Assembly (NCBI GenBank): GCA_048882325.1
Contig: JBHLRS010000006.1
Coordinates: forward strand, 32,001 to 96,000
DNA from: Candidatus Thorarchaeota archaeon
Lineage (GTDB): Archaea > Asgardarchaeota > Thorarchaeia > Thorarchaeales > Thorarchaeaceae
Direction: 5' to 3'
DNA length: 64,000 bases
This document shows positions 63,547-64,000 of the stretch, in pieces (the stretch's first letter is position 1; the number at the start of each line of letters is the position of its first letter). The notes beneath the pieces were generated by a model. That model made no database searches. It was not told the origin of the DNA and worked only from the letters and a program-made list of their open reading frames with translations. Both the position numbers and the translations under genes were made by a program.

Positions 63547-64000
63547 TCGAAGAGATTGATGTGTCTTCCAAGTTCTTTCTTTTTTGCGGCTTCATATACA
63601 ACTTTAGCAGCAGCAATGTCTTGAGCAGATAGTCCCGTAGAATCGAAAATAGTAGTTTCATCATCGGTTTCACGTCCCGGTTTATCACCATTTACAATCT
63701 CACCTATTTCTGCGTGGATGTCATTTTCATCAATAAGACCAAGACCCAGGGCATGCTGAACCTCTCCTATCTTTCGACATTGCTCCAAACTGTCAACTAC
63801 AATTTTCGTAGCATTCGAAACAATCTTCGGGTCCAGTTCCTGTTTCCCTGGACCATCAGCTCCTATTGCATTGATATGCATTCCATCTTGAATTGCATCA
63901 ACACTGATGAGTTTGGTTCTCGATGGTGTAGCAGTCACAAGAATATCTGCATCTGGAGCTACATCATCAGGAGACTCCACTACGGTGACATCAATAGAGA
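63543..64000 (-). CDS. Ornithine cyclodeaminase/archaeal alanine dehydrogenase (mu-crystallin) family, 5'-truncated by window edge
   Basis: ADILVTATPS, HINAIGADGPGKQELD, TIFDSTGLSAQD. Confidence 0.9.
   Translation of the reverse strand, partial: SIDVTVVESPDDVAPDADILVTATPSRTKLISVDAIQDGMHINAIGADGPGKQELDPKIVSNATKIVVDSLEQCRKIGEVQHALGLGLIDENDIHAEIGEIVNGDKPGRETDDETTIFDSTGLSAQDIAAAKVVYEAAKKKELGRHINLFD

Noticed and set aside
1-64000. tRNA/rRNA genes, transposases, integrases, proviral genes
   Set aside because: Intergenic gaps are short and show no cloverleaf or rRNA signature by eye, and no mobile-element protein motifs were seen. tRNAscan-SE and Infernal were not run.

Overview
Gene-dense archaeal window, very probably from an Asgard archaeon and most consistent with Thorarchaeia. 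The basis is TFB, archaeal-type AspRS/ArgRS, a DGGGP synthase-like prenyltransferase, and eukaryotic-signature genes; the class assignment is inference, not a database result. About half the window (3020-33618) is a translationally coupled pair of giant paralogous type-I membrane surface proteins (6202 and 3997 aa) built from DUF2341+LamG-like modules, an Ig-like stalk, one C-terminal TM helix and a helical-repeat cytoplasmic tail. Next to them are an LRR gene and two tandem Ras/Rab/Rho-like proteins with degenerate G1/G3 motifs (putative pseudo-GTPases). At 40914-46312 lies an unusual ESCRT locus: a Vps28N-Vps22/36 fusion, Vps25, Vps4, a small unknown gene, one Vps2/24/46-type ESCRT-III, and a Zn-finger/coiled-coil/PH(GLUE-like)/steadiness-box protein. 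No ubiquitin genes are present in the window. This apparently domain-rearranged ESCRT-I/II module is the best candidate for an undescribed system. The rest is housekeeping or accessory: aminotransferase, orphan m4C MTase, aspS, an RdhA/QueG-like Fe-S protein, tldD/tldE, argS, tfb, longin and Yip1 proteins, EndoIV, ECF S-components, hypB, TraB, and a partial OCD/AlaDH. No rRNA, tRNA, CRISPR array or mobile element was seen. All domain calls come from motif recognition by eye.
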